64,000 bases of DNA from Octopus sinensis (GCF_006345805.1 NC_043016.1:22072001-22136000), one strand, 5' to 3'. Shown: positions 24,400 through 37,015, counted from the stretch's first letter. Notes: a model not told the origin generated them from the letters alone. A program made the numbers and translations.

Positions 24400-26400
24400 T
24401 ATTTACTTCTTTGTTTATAAGCTGTCTCAGGTGTGTCATACTTCCAGTTCCAGCAGAAGTCAGCCAGCATAGCTGGGCTCCATTTTCCCTTTTACATGTT
24501 TTCCATTAACACTATATCTTGATGGAACCTCTCTCCATGTTCATCACTCACATCTCCTGCATTCTCTGGGAAGAAGGACAGATGAGAATGAAGAAAGTAT
24601 ATCTTCAGTGACATATTGCATCTGAGATATTGGTAGCACTTGATTAGGCTCTCCACTATACTCTCTCGCTCAGCCACTTGGTGCTTTCCCAGAAGTTCTT
24701 TGCATACATCTTTAAATGCATGCCAGGCTGCTAGCTTAGTTTCTTCCATTGTCACCTTGAAGTCCTCATCTGCTATAAGTTGACGAATCTTAGGGCCTAC
24801 GACTTGTTATGTTGCAGTGCTTTGGTAAATTGCTTCATTAGGTCTAGTTTTATATGCAGTGATGGCAAAATGATTTTCTCCTTCTTAACTTAGTGGCTCA
24901 TGATTTATATTATGGCATCCTGGTGTCATTATTTCCTGAGGTAGCCATTCTGAGCATACATAATGTTCTGAACGGGCCCTACTCTCCTACTTGTAAAGGA
25001 AGCACATAAACTTGGTGTATCTAGTTTGTAGCCCATTAAATAGGGCTACTATTGGGTCCTCCTATAAATTATGCAGTTTTTTTTATACTTCTTTTATTTT
25101 TCAAAATTAAGATAAATAAAGTTCTTTTTTAATCTAAAATATACTCTCTTTCATTGTCTATAATGCTCTTCCATCTGTCTGGTAGACTTGCAAGGCCCCT
25201 CTTCCAAAATTCACTTGTCCATGATGAAAAATATTCGTCCAGTACTTTTCTAACCTTGTCTACAGAATTCATATTTTTTCCATCTAAATGATTTTGAAGA
25301 CTGCGAAATAAATTATATTAGTTGGGGCAAGGTCCGGTGAATATGTTGGGTGGGGCATCATTTCCCATTCAAACTACTCCAGCTTTTGGTATGTCATCCT
25401 CACTGTATGTGGCCAAGCATTATCCAGATGGAAGAATACCTTTCATCTTGAAAGCAAAGATGGTCATTTTTCTTTTGGTGCTGTTGTCGATGAATAGTTA
25501 AACGACCAAATCCAAGCTTTTCTGCTAGTTCCTCAACAGCTACGATCAGATTTTGTTCCATCAGGGTTTGCAGGACATCTTCATCAAGCTCTACAGATCT
25601 TCCAGGATGAGGCTCATCTTCTAAGCTATAGTTTCTGGCTCTGGAACCACCATTGACACTGGTTTAGCTATCTTATTGTCTGACCCCCATATACTGCATT
25701 AATATTCCTCACACTTTCTGTTGCGTTGTTGCCTTTATTGAACTCATAAAGCAAAATATGCTGAATATGTTCCTTTATCACTTCCATTATAGCTTTGAAA
25801 ACATAACTGTTAAAATCGAACTGTAGTCTTCAAGGCTTGCACTAAGAATAAGGATAAAGGTAAAATTACTACCTGCTTTTATAACAAGTTGATGCAGTCA
25901 GTTTATCCCATTCCCCTCCAACTTTTAGTTCATGCAATTGAAAAAACTGCATCATTTATGGGATGACCCAATACTTTCAAGTCCGCACAAATTAGCCATG
26001 CATGATCCTTGTAACTTAATCAGTCTAGAATAAAAGCAAGGTTCTGATATGTCTTTCTTAAAATGATTGAGTGAGCAATTGGAACTGAAGACACAGTGTT
26101 CCCAATGTGCAACAGAACCGCTTTTATGATGTAAAGGGATGCATCTATGAATAACCTCCACTCATTTGGTTCATAGATCAGCTCAAGGGCATTGGATAGG
26201 TCTCTGATGTCATTATGATAAGTCAAGTTGTTTTCAAAAGTGAAGAATTGCTGTAGATCTGCAGAACGCTTCATGAACACTGTAATTTGAGCATCTTTAT
26301 CCAACAGGTTCCATTGTTGCAGATGTGAGGTCAAGACTTCACTCTGTTGCTTAGTAAGTATTAAATCACGAACTAGATTATTGGGTTCAGGTTGCATGAT
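24400..26400 (-). mobile_element. Chapaev3-like (CMC) DNA transposon remnant
   Basis: NLVRDLILTK...EWRLFIDAS..IKAVLLHIGN..SVPIAHS (26020-26397) and SLKIYFLHSHLSFFPENAGDVSDEHGERFHQDI (24492-24755); family name from recalled motifs. Confidence 0.7.
25185..25790 (-). mobile_element. Classical mariner (DD34D-type), internally deleted, nested in the Chapaev3-like element
   Basis: MEVIKEHIQHILLYEFNKGNNATES...VFFHLDNAWPHT...MPHPTYSPDLAP. Confidence 0.85.
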
Positions 26401-26575
26401 GAGGTGTGGTTTCTTGTTGGATTTACCACGGATTTGGACCCATATAGCTATAAAAATATTGATTATACTTTTATAATTTTCATAGGTGAGGTTGACAAAT
26501 ACCTTAGGAACACCTCGTTAAAATTATATCAAAATCCGTTAACTTTTAGAGTTGTCAGTTTCAGCCCAATCTATA

Positions 26576-26611
<36 letters not shown>

Positions 26612-26646
26612 TCACAAAATATATAATGTATTTATATATAAATGTA

Positions 26647-27443
26647 CAGGACGCAGAGAATAAATCATGTAAAAATGAAAATAACACTGATTTTAACAGA
26701 TATATTTATCAAAATTACATAAAAATATCTTGAAATATAGGCTTCAACAATGGCCTCAGAATCTCCTGCAACTCTTCTGGATGGTCTCTTTGTTAAGTTA
26801 GTGAATGCTACCATAATCCTTGCCTTCAGTTCGTCTTTGGTGTTACATGGAATTCTATTGGTCTCTTGCTCAACTGCATCCCACACATAATAATCAAGGG
26901 AGTTGCAGTCTGGGGAGCTAGGTGGCCAGATGTTAGGGATGATGTGGTTGCAGAAATTGTCTGACAGCCATGACTGGGTTCTCCAGGTTGTCTGGCCTGA
27001 TGCAGAATCTTGTCGCCAGACATAAGGTCTTCTAGCAGCCATCCTCTTGACCCAGGGTAGCACTACCTCCTCCAGGCACTTGAGGTATTGAGTCTGAGGC
27101 CATGCAGAAAGATGAATGTAGGCATAACGTTGCCATCACAAGGGATCACTCCAAAACCATGATGTTGACTGGATGTATGAATTTTATCACTCTCGGTACA
27201 TGTCCTCAGACTGACATTTAAAAACTCTGAAATGTTTGTATTGGAGCTTCTGGCGTGAATGCCAAGCACTACAACATGTCATTTCCAAATTTCTGGCAGA
27301 GTGAATTGCATCATGGTGCTGTTTTTCTCACAGATGGTGCCCAACTGACCTACTATACTGTGTAGTCAAAAAAATCAAAAACAAACAATGTGCATGTGTG
27401 AAATTAAAAATATAAAATGGTGACAATTACCCATCACACCCTG
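26647..27443 (-). mobile_element. DD37D (maT) transposon, 797 bp, both ends present, TA flanks
   Basis: WRQDSASGQTTWRTQSWLSDNFCNHIIPNIWPPSSPDCNSLD (D-37-D); 5' end cagggtgtgatgggtaattgtc. Confidence 0.88.
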
Positions 27444-27584
27444 TATATATGTATGTACATACATGAATATTTGCATACATGTTTGTCTTTTGTCTCAGTT
27501 TTTACTTAAGCACTTCCCTTGATTTATATATTATATATATATATGAATATGTGTATATAATAAATATATGTGTGTGTGTATAGG

Positions 27585-27925
27585 TATGGCTGTGTGGTAA
27601 GAAGCTTGCTTCCCAACCACATGGTTCTGCGTTCAGTCCCACTGCATGGCATCTTGGGCAAGTGTCTTCTGCTATAGCCTCATGCCAACCAAAGCCTTGT
27701 GAGTGGATTTGGTAGACAGAAGCTCAAAGGAGCCCATCGTATATATATATATATGTGTATGTATATATTTGTGTGTCTGTGTTTGTCGCCCCGTAACTTA
27801 GCAGTTCAGCATAAGAGGCTGATAGAATAAGTACTAGGCTGACAAAGAATAAGTCCTGGGGTCGATTTGTTCAACTAAAGGCAGTGCTCCAGCATGGCCA
27901 GAGTCAAATGACTGAAACAAATAAA
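27585..27925 (+). mobile_element. Family A SINE
   Basis: ggctgtgtggtaagaagcttgc...ggttcagtcccactgc...gactgaaacaaata. Confidence 0.85.
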
Positions 27926-27993
27926 TAATATGTATATATATGTATATAAATATATATAAATGTATATAGATAGATGTAGTATATAGATATATG

Positions 27994-28056
<63 letters not shown>

Positions 28057-28573
28057 TATATACTCATGCATGTATATACACGCACATGCATTTGTGTGCA
28101 CTCACTAATATGCATGTGTGCATGCATGCATATACATATGTACATATAAATGGGTATGTGTGTGTGCACATGTGTATGCATGTGCGTATGCATGCGCGTG
28201 TGCACCCATGCACAGGTACACATGCTCACGTCAATACAGACTTGCATGCAAAACCATATGAGTGCATCCACACATATACAACTTCCTACTTCTCCTCCAG
28301 CATCCTGTCCACCATTTGATTGATTTCCTTTTCACCATGCGGTATTTTCCAGCTAACTGTTGTCATAGATATACCGATATACCAACATCATATGCCAACT
28401 ATAATGCCTACGATATACCAAGCACCATGCCCTGTGACCTTCCTCAACCAATCACAGCCCACATTATGGTAATAACAGTCAACTTCTTTCATTTAAATTG
28501 GCTAAAGACTAGCATTACACTTGAAACTCAGAGTACCAACGAATTTTAATCAAAATGTTTTGATCTATATATA

Positions 28574-29355
28574 CAGGGGTTGGACAAAATGATGGAAACA
28601 CCTTAAAATTCGAACAAATTTAAATTGAAATGGGTTAGGACCGACTTTGGTAATAATTACAGCTTGAATTCTATGAGGTATGGACTCATACAAAGTTTGA
28701 ATTGTTTCCAAAGGAATTTTTGTCCGTTCTTCAGCTAAAACAGTCTCCAGTTCTTGTAGTGACGATGGTAGAGGATATTGATTCCTTACTTGTTTTTGTA
28801 AAATGCACCATAAATGTTCAATTATATTGAGATTTGGTGACTGTAGTGGCCAGATAAGATGTTCAACTTCACTAGTAACAACTTTAGCTGTTTGAATTGG
28901 TGCATTATCATCCTGAAAGATTGCATTTCTCTCTGGAAACACTTCCGCAACCATAGGATGAATTTGATCAGATAAAATGCTTAAATAGTCTTGACTGTTA
29001 ATTCTACCATGAAGGGAAACCATTGGGTGGGTGGATTTCCAAGATATAGTCCCCACAGATCAACATAGATTCTCTTCCTTGTTTAAAAGTTGGAAGAAGG
29101 CAACCTGTGTCAAATGCTTCTTTTGAATGTCTCCACATGTATACTCAGCTGGTGGTCAGAAATAAGTTAAAGAATGACTTGTCTGAGATTTTTACTCCAC
29201 TCTAAACGCTTTGCAATGTTTGTTTTTGAAAGTAGTGGTTTGCAGCCCTTCCAATGAATACTGGCTTTGTGCAGCTCCCAGTGAACAGTTTTTGTGGAAA
29301 CTGGGTTCTTGCGGTGGTCATTAAGTTCTGCTGTAATTTTGGCAGCTGTACTTTT
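28574..29355 (-). mobile_element. Tc1-type (DD34E) transposon 3' portion
   Basis: IFQDDNAP...WPLQSPNLNIIEHLW; TIR ta|caggggttggacaaaatgatggaaacacc. Confidence 0.88.
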
Positions 29356-29359
29356 GTGA

Positions 29360-29484
29360 TCCTTTCTAAGGATCTGTTTAGGAGGTTGTTGTGTCCTAGC
29401 ATATGTGCTGCTTCTTTTAGTTTCTATATTTTCTAGTGGTGTTCTCTGTCTATTATTTTAACTTTAGCAGTGACCTGGACAATG

Positions 29485-29523
<39 letters not shown>

Positions 29524-30050
29524 GCAACAACATCAAAAAATACCTTAGGAATGAGAACCCAGGTTCAAAATTTCCCCAAGACACCTGAAGAAGGCTGGAG
29601 GGTATATCAGCCTAAACATTTGTGTTAACAACAAACCTTCAAGAGTAATACAACACTTCACAAATATCTCCTTCAAGTAAAACCACCAATAGAAGAGAAT
29701 ATGACTAAAGACTGTGTGTACTCCATCCCATGCAGCTGTGGTAGGTTATACATAGGCGAAACATGCCGCCCCCTCAAAATAAGGGTAGACGAACATCGCA
29801 AAGCTGTAACACGAGGAGATATTGATAAATCGGGTACAGCTGATCGTGTATGGAAAAATGGAGACCACCTTCCCCTGTTGGATGAAGTTAAAATAATAGA
29901 CAGAGAACACCACTGGAAAATACGAAAACTAAAAGAAGCAGCACATATGCTAGGACACAGTAACCTCCTAAGCAGACTGAGTGCAGATATGAGCAGCATA
30001 TGGGAACTGGTATTAAAGAAGGATAGAAAAATATTAGATTTGTAAGCCCT
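29360..30050 (+). mobile_element. Penelope-like element 3' fragment (GIY-YIG) with hammerhead-bearing terminal repeat and an inverted partial copy
   Basis: VYSIPCSCGRLYIGETCRPLKIRVDEHRK...RKLKEAAHM; 29362-29465 is an inverted copy of 29884-29980; hammerhead-like core at 29580-29626. Confidence 0.88.
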
Positions 30051-30060
30051 AAAATTCACT

Positions 30061-30125
30061 CCATAATTGCCCACAGGCATATGGCGTAGTGGTTAAGAGC
30101 TCGGGCTACTAACCCCCAACATTCC
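30061..30125 (+). mobile_element. Second fragment of the palindromic tRNA-derived element (centre plus right arm)
   Basis: ccata(at)tgcc-caca-ggcatatggcgtagtggttaagagctcgggctactaacccc. Confidence 0.7.
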
Positions 30126-30169
30126 AGCCTGAAGAGAGAACAAAGGCAGGACAATACAGTTCTATATTT

Positions 30170-30960
30170 AAGAGATGAGAAATGTAAACACCACCACTGC
30201 CACCACTAATGCCTCTGCTACAGCCACTACAGTTACCACTGCCATGACAAGAGATGCTGGAAAAGAGATTTCTTTAACAAGTGCTGCAAGAAATCTGGAA
30301 GGTTTCCCCATAGATAAAGAAGAATTAAAACAGGCCAGACAAATTGTTAAGAAATAATGGGAGAAGAGTAGCCGTCATTCCTCCACTTGAGAATTAGAAA
30401 ATATTTTGAGATATACAGTTACATTCCACCACATCTAAGTAAAATTGCACCAGGTGGAAAATGCTAGTGAGGTCCAAATTCAAAATATGACTTGCGCACA
30501 TGCATCACTTAAGGAAGTTTGGCATGATTGAAGTGTGATTTGGGACTGAAGAAGAAGCTGCAGAGATTGGAACTGTTGAGGAGCACCCCTTTTGAACTGG
30601 GACACATGTTGGCATATGCCAATGATATTGGACACCTCCAAAGTGGAGATGGTCAAATAAATACCAACAAGCTGTTGGAATTGCAACTGGGCATTGAGAT
30701 GGCAGGGGTAGATGGATGCTGTTGGACACTGGACTGATGGACCAGTTAAACTACTTAGGGTCTGGTTCAGTCCCAACCTCCAGGTAGATAAGAACTGGGA
30801 TGAGATGAGGAACTGGCTGGTCAGTCATACCCGAAAATAGGTAGAGAGAAAGCTGTCCTTAAAAGGTCAAGCAGAGGTAGTGAATGCCTACATTACTTTC
30901 ATCATCATTTATCACCTGACCATCATACCTTCCCCAGTTACTGCCTGATCAGGTTGGGGT
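30170..30960 (+). mobile_element. L1/Tx1-like LINE fragments (ORF1 piece joined to RT piece)
   Basis: AYANDI...GPVKLLRVWFSPNLQVDKNW...RKLSLKGQAEVVNAYI; upstream KFGMIEV*FGTEEEA resembles 39360. Confidence 0.6.
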
Positions 30961-31877
30961 GTCTTATTTATTTTCTTGTTGAAGAGATGCATTCCAATGA
31001 TCAGGCAGAGATATACTTTTCTCTTTTTTGCTATCATTTCATTATATGTAAACCCCCAAACTTTATGTATGTTTTTCTATTGTCCCCCTTCTCTTTTGCC
31101 TTTGAAGCAAGTAAAAGAAATCATCATAATCATTATTTTTATTATTATTAATATTATTAAGTTGGTGACCTAGCAGAATCATGAGAACATTGGACAAAAC
31201 ACTTAGTGATATTTCTTCTGACACTCTAAGTTCTGAATTCAAATTCTACCAAGGTCAACTGTTTTTCCTTTCAGGATCAATAAAATTACATCAGTTGAGC
31301 AGTGGAATTGATGTGATTCACTAAATCTCCACAAAATTGATGGCTGTGTGTCAAAATTTGAAAGTATTATTATTATTATATTTATCATCATCATTATCAC
31401 TATCATTTCATATATTGCTACATTTCAAATTTTAGATTTTGCTTTTGTATCTGGTTTGCAAGATTCTTTATGTGAATTCATGTGTTGAAACAGATTTTGT
31501 TGTGTCTTAGGAGAATCATTATTCCAATATTATTACCGCACACATTGGTTCAATTCCACTCCCTTATTATTAGTCAGATGGTTAAATATCCAACTAACTG
31601 ATCCGATTGTTTGTCTAATTTGGTTTGACAGTAAGTCATTTGTTTTGTTTGTCAAAGCTCTTTCATTGCTACTTGCAACATTGGATATTTAACCTATCAA
31701 CTAATAATGAAGGAGTGAAATTAAACCAGTGCATGTGTTAATAATATTGGCATAATGACTCACTCCAGACACAAAAGAAAATTGTGTATAAAATATATAA
31801 AGAAAATTTTATATAAAGTTTATTATTATTGGTGCATCTTATTATGATTTTATTATTTCATTTTAATCATAATTTAA

Positions 31878-32090
31878 TCATCATCATTATCATTTAATAT
31901 CTGCTTTCCATGCTAGCATGAACTGGGCAGTTTGATAAGGCTGGCAAGCCAGAAGACTGGCAAGCCAGAAGACTATGCCAATCTCTACTGTCTGCTTTGA
32001 CATTGTTTCTGTAACTAGATGCCCTTTCTAACACCAACCACTTAACAGAATGTACTGAGTGCTTTTTATGTAGCGCCAGCATAAGCGAGA
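31878..32090 (-). mobile_element. Degenerate SINE/RTE tail family copy
   Basis: (atc)n tail followed by tttccatgctagcatg...gatgccctttctaacaccaacc. Confidence 0.7.
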
Positions 32091-32530
32091 TTGCCAACTA
32101 ACTTGCAAGACAAAGACCCCTCAGTAGTACTGAGGGTAATGGCTTTGTGCCTGGTGATGAAAGGATAAAATATGATAGAGGAAAAAGTGTCTTTCAGTAG
32201 AAGGGATACATAATAACCTCAGTAAAAAAAAAAAGAGGGAGAGAGAGTGAAGGTGGTAAAAAAGATCTGGGTATATCTTCGATTTACTGGCAAGGATGTA
32301 TAAGTGAAGTGGTTCAAAAGATTGGATAGAGTTAATGGGCAGATAGGTTTGTAAGAGTGCGGAAAGAGAGTGAGAGATGGATGGGAGGAGAATGTAGTGA
32401 GTGTACAAGGATGGATGAAGTGGGGGTTAGAAAGATGAGTTGCAGAGGAGAGATTGTGTGCAGATAAGTTTGCTAAATTACAAAAGCAGGAAGTTGCATC
32501 TGCAAACAGGGTGTGTGCAAACATTTGCTT

Positions 32531-32834
32531 GTGGAGGCACACGGCCTAGTGGTTAGAGCAGTGGACTCGCAGTCGAGGGATCGCGTGTTTGAATCTTAAA
32601 CTGGGCGATGTGTGTGTTTATGTGCGAAACACCTAAGCTCCACGTGGCTCCGGCAGAAGGTAATGGCAAACTTCTGCTGACTCTTTCACCACAACTTTCT
32701 CTCACTCTTTCCTCCTGCATCTTGCAGCTCACCTGCGACTGACCGGCGTCCCGTCCAGGTGGAGAGCCTATACGCCAAGGAAACCGAGAAGCCGGCCCTT
32801 ATGAGCCAGGCGTGGCTCAAGAAGGAACAAACAA
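32531..32834 (+). mobile_element. Full-length tRNA-derived SINE with MetaSINE/V-SINE-like central domain and 13-bp TSD
   Basis: TSD caaacatttgctt at 32518-32530 and 32835-32847; core cacctgcgactgaccggcgtcccgtccaggtg...gaaaccg...ccggccc.tatgagcc. Confidence 0.8.
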
Positions 32835-33104
32835 CAAACATTTGCTTAGAGACTCATACACATTTCAAAATAATTATTAAATAATTTTACTAATCATAAT
32901 TTTATACTTATTCTTTATCTTTTACTTGTTTCAATCATTAGACTGCAGCCATGCTAAGGCTCAGTCTAGAAGAGTTTTTAGTTGAATAAATCAACTCTGG
33001 TACTTATTACATTTTGTGTAAAGCCTGCTACTTATTCTATTGGTGTATATTACTATTGTCATAGTTTCACATTATTGTCATTATTTCTTTCATTTGCTAC
33101 TAGG

Positions 33105-34740
33105 CTGAAAACTCACCCTTCTGATGTACTCCTCAATTTTCGTTTTCATATCTATAGTTAGTCCCTGTCAGATTTTAATACTCCTAAATACTTATAACTC
33201 TCTCCCCCTTTCAATGAATTTAATATTTGGCCATCTGGTCATTGGATGCCTTTACTGTTGACTACCTGTCCCCTTCTCATGACTAATATTACACATTTAT
33301 CTATGCCAAATTGCATGCCTATATCTTTGCTGAAGAGTCTGTATTAAGGAATTTATCTCTTTGCCATTCTTACTAAAAAGCTTCAGATCATCCATGAAGA
33401 GCAAATGGTTAATTTTTCCTTTACTATTTCTAAACTAATACCCTGCTTTTGCCTTACTTAATACTAAACTGAGGGGCATCAAACATAAGACAAATATTGA
33501 AGGGGACAATGAGACCCCTGGAAAATGCTTCTTTTGATATTAACTTTCTATAAGAGTGTGTCACCTGAGTAGAGATCTACTTTCTATTTCTTCATGCAAA
33601 TAAAGCTAATTAATTCTCTTATATTGTCTGCTTTACTGAATAGCAGACAATATAAGCCTAAGACATGATCTTACACTCATGAGTGTGGGATCATGTCATA
33701 AGCTTTCCAATAATCTATCCATGCTATTGTTAAATTTTTCATTATAGCTTTTACTGCTTTGTCTATGCGTTCCTCTAGCCTTCTTTCTGCAACCTTTTTG
33801 TTCTTCTGGCAGTAAATTATGATTATCAAGGTGCTCGTAAATGCTTTCTAAAAGCATTCCTGTTAACAGCTTCCATACTAATGGTAAGCAAGTGATTGGT
33901 CTATAGTTGCTAGCTGTATTACCTTCTCTCTTGTCTTTCATAATGAGTATTATCCTCCCTCTAGTCATCCGATCTGATATTATTCCTCCATTAAGGCAAT
34001 CCTAAAGTTGTTCCCTCAGTCTCCCATTTAAACTAACCCATGGACTAAATCTGGTCCTGGGCCCTTCCAATTCAGCATTTTTCCTAACATTTTTCTCATT
34101 ACTACACTAGTTAATCTTAGATCTGGCTGCTTCTCACTCACTACTTCTTCCCTCACTTTCTTTAACCATACTGCATCTCCATATTAATTGACTGGTTTAT
34201 TCCAAATATTACTCCAGAACTTTCTAGCTTCTTCTGCATTTGGTTTCTCATCTTCAGTACTTCATTCTCCACTATTTATTTGGTTAAATCTATTCTGGTC
34301 TGTCTCAAATAATCTATTCTGTTGATACTAATCTATTCTTTTCTGATATCTGAAGAGCTTGCCTGCTACTGCTATGATACACTGTTTCAACTCTTCTTTC
34401 TCTTTGACTAAGTGTCTTTCCTCAAGGGAAGATTTTCATCTTGCGCTTCCTAAGTTGTTCAGTTTCCAGGCTTCTATTCTACTCAGATCTTGCCTTAAAG
34501 TTTTCACTTTATTTTGTAGTCTCCTTTTCCACATTTACTCTTTTTTAATTTTTTCCTGTAAAATATCTAATCTTCTAGTGACTGCTGCTCCTCCTGCATA
34601 GGTCAATAAGTTAATATTGCCTATATTTTTTTGTATTGTGTGTTGTTTGTGTGGTGCAGGTTGTATTCCTCTGTCAGGTATCGGCTTTCTATGGTACATA
34701 TTGTGGGCTTCGTTCATTTTGTTGGATATTTACAATATGA
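33105..34740 (-). mobile_element. R4/Dong-like non-LTR retrotransposon fragment (RT region)
   Basis: ASNYRPITCLPLVWKLLTGML..IYEHL...LLPEEQKGCRK..RGT...AWIDY.KAYD; N-terminal NLLTYAGGAAVT. Confidence 0.8.
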
Positions 34741-35272
34741 ATTTATTCCTGTATGTTTTTGAAGAAGTGTAGTAGTGTGTGAAAATCATAAATCAGCTTT
34801 CATAGTATTTATGGTTTTTACAGTGTTTACTTTTTTAACTGAACATCATCCATGGACATGTGTTGATGTTTCTTTCGTAGTTATAATTATTATTGATGTA
34901 TCAGCGAGACACTGAGAAGAAATAACAATGTGCATAAATATAGAGTTCTTATATAAATATGAATGTACATGTAATTAAAACTTACAATTAAAATCATTTT
35001 TTCACAGGTTTGCAGTTTTCGTATAGAAATATTGCAGCATTTACATTTTTATGCACATGTTGCTGTCTAAGAGGAAGCTATTTTTTTTTTGTATATATAT
35101 ATACTCCATATAAGAAAAATTTTTCAGTTTCCAGAGATCATTTACATTAAGACATCGTTTTCTTTCATTGTTTTTGTGGATTCTTAATTCCTGCTTCATG
35201 ATGGTTTCAGATTTGTTCTATCTTCCTGGTAGCTCACTGTCACATATCTATAGTGTTTGGTATTCACTGTGG

Positions 35273-35313
35273 TATTATTATTATTGTTGTTGTTGTCGTC
35301 GTCGTTATCATTG

Positions 35314-35380
<67 letters not shown>

Positions 35381-35410
35381 CACCATTATTATCATTGTTA
35401 TTATTATTAT
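35273..35410 (+). repeat. (TTA/TTG/TCG)n microsatellite directly upstream of the FHIP1 exon 1 acceptor
   Basis: Direct reading. Confidence 0.95.
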
Positions 35411-35480
35411 CTATTTCAGATATCAACTATGTTTTGCTTGAAGAATTAGAAACACTGGGTTTCCAGTGTATTCTATCATA

Positions 35481-36254
35481 ATGAACTGGTTTAAACGTAC
35501 CAGTAACAATAAGCAGGAAGCCCGGCCATTTCTTCCTGGAAACAAAGACGAGTATGGCTTTCCTGAAATGCATCCTCGACGAGAGACTGACCCTGCAACA
35601 TGCCTTGAAGTTTTCCAAAACCACTGGAAGCAAGCATGGATGGTGATAGAAGATGAAGATGGCTTATTAAAGGAACAGTACAGCATGGATGAGGTTCAGA
35701 CCGTGATGCATAACTTCGAACAAATGATGACACTTCTTGCAGGTGAAGAAAGCTACGATGATGACCACCACCAAGGACGACCAGGACCTATTCTTGTACT
35801 AATCATAAAAGATAATACTTTTGAAAAGTTTAGTCAATGGTGTGAACAGATTCATGAACTTGAAGAAAGATTGATATGTGAGCAACTGAAAATCTTCTAT
35901 CATCTAATAGCTCACTCTGAGCAGCTACTTCTCATACACAAAGCAATCGTACAGCCTTTGATGAAGCTGCTTTCGTCATGTACTCAATACCTAAAATCAA
36001 AAGAAGTAGAGGAGCTCTTAGCTCAGGTATTGCATCAAATCTGCCTTTGCATTTCACAGCAGACATCTACACTGGAAACATTTTTCTCAATGGATGAAGG
36101 AAAAGTGCCAGCTGAATGTCTGATATTCTCTTTAATCCTATACATCCATCGAGATGGAAGGGTTGGTCAGCAGGCACGTGAAGCTCTCCTTTTAATTATG
36201 GCATTGTCCAACAAATACCCAGACATTGGCAGATACATAAGCGACTACTGTCCA
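35481..36254 (+). CDS. FHIP1B: FHIP1 coding exon 1 (774 nt, 258 codons, ends phase 0)
   Basis: ATG at 35481 (cataATGa). Donor cca|GTAAGT at 36255. Upstream acceptor tatttcAG at 35418-35419. Confidence 0.93.
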
Positions 36255-36343
36255 GTAAGTATGGTTTTACATATTTTATTTTTGTTATACTTTTACATTT
36301 TAAACATTTTTCTTTATTATATATACTCTCTTTTTCTCTCTTC

Positions 36344-36386
<43 letters not shown>

Positions 36387-36696
36387 CACACATGTATATG
36401 TGTGTGTATATATGTATATATATATATGTATGTGTGTGTATATAAATATATACCTGAGTAAGCTCATAAATGCGAGACAAGGTGGAAAAAATAGTATTTG
36501 AATACCAGAGGTAGAGTAGTATGCTTTATTAAAAAGCAGCAAAAAAATCACAAAAAGTGTTACTCAGAGTTTTACGTTCTTGTTCATTGGACAGTTTTGT
36601 TTTGATTCTAAACAAAACTGTCCATGAATGGAAATGTGAAACTCTGAGTAACACTTTTTGTGATATTTTTGCTGCTTTTTAATCAAGTATATCTAT

Positions 36697-36735
<39 letters not shown>

Positions 36736-36738
<3 letters not shown>

Positions 36739-36900
36739 CAATCCCTTGACTAACACAGGTATTATGTTCCAAAACCCCCCATGATAGGTGAAAATCCGTG
36801 AAACAGAAACAGTACTGTACTGTATAGTTATTTTTATAATTTGTATATATCTATTTTATTATAGATGCAAAACAACACCATGGAGGAATTGACATAAGTT
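36736..36900 (+). mobile_element. Tigger/pogo-like MITE 5' fragment
   Basis: ta|cagcaatcccttgactaacacagg...gttccaaaacccccc.atgataggtgaaaatccgtga. Confidence 0.5.
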
Positions 36901-37015
36901 TAAATATTTATATTAATTGTTTTGTTATTTTTCTACACATTTGCTTGCTTTTTTATTGTTTTTTTTAATGATCAGTTTGAAATTCTTGCTAATTAAAATG
37001 TGTTTCTTTCTTAAG

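Noticed and set aside
1-35400. A second host gene upstream of FHIP1
   Set aside because: No non-TE exon-like ORF with credible homology was found on either strand; short exons could have been missed.
35466-36461. 331-aa ORF as a single-exon gene
   Set aside because: Homology stops at YCP, where a GTAAGT donor lies; the remainder is intronic microsatellite read-through.
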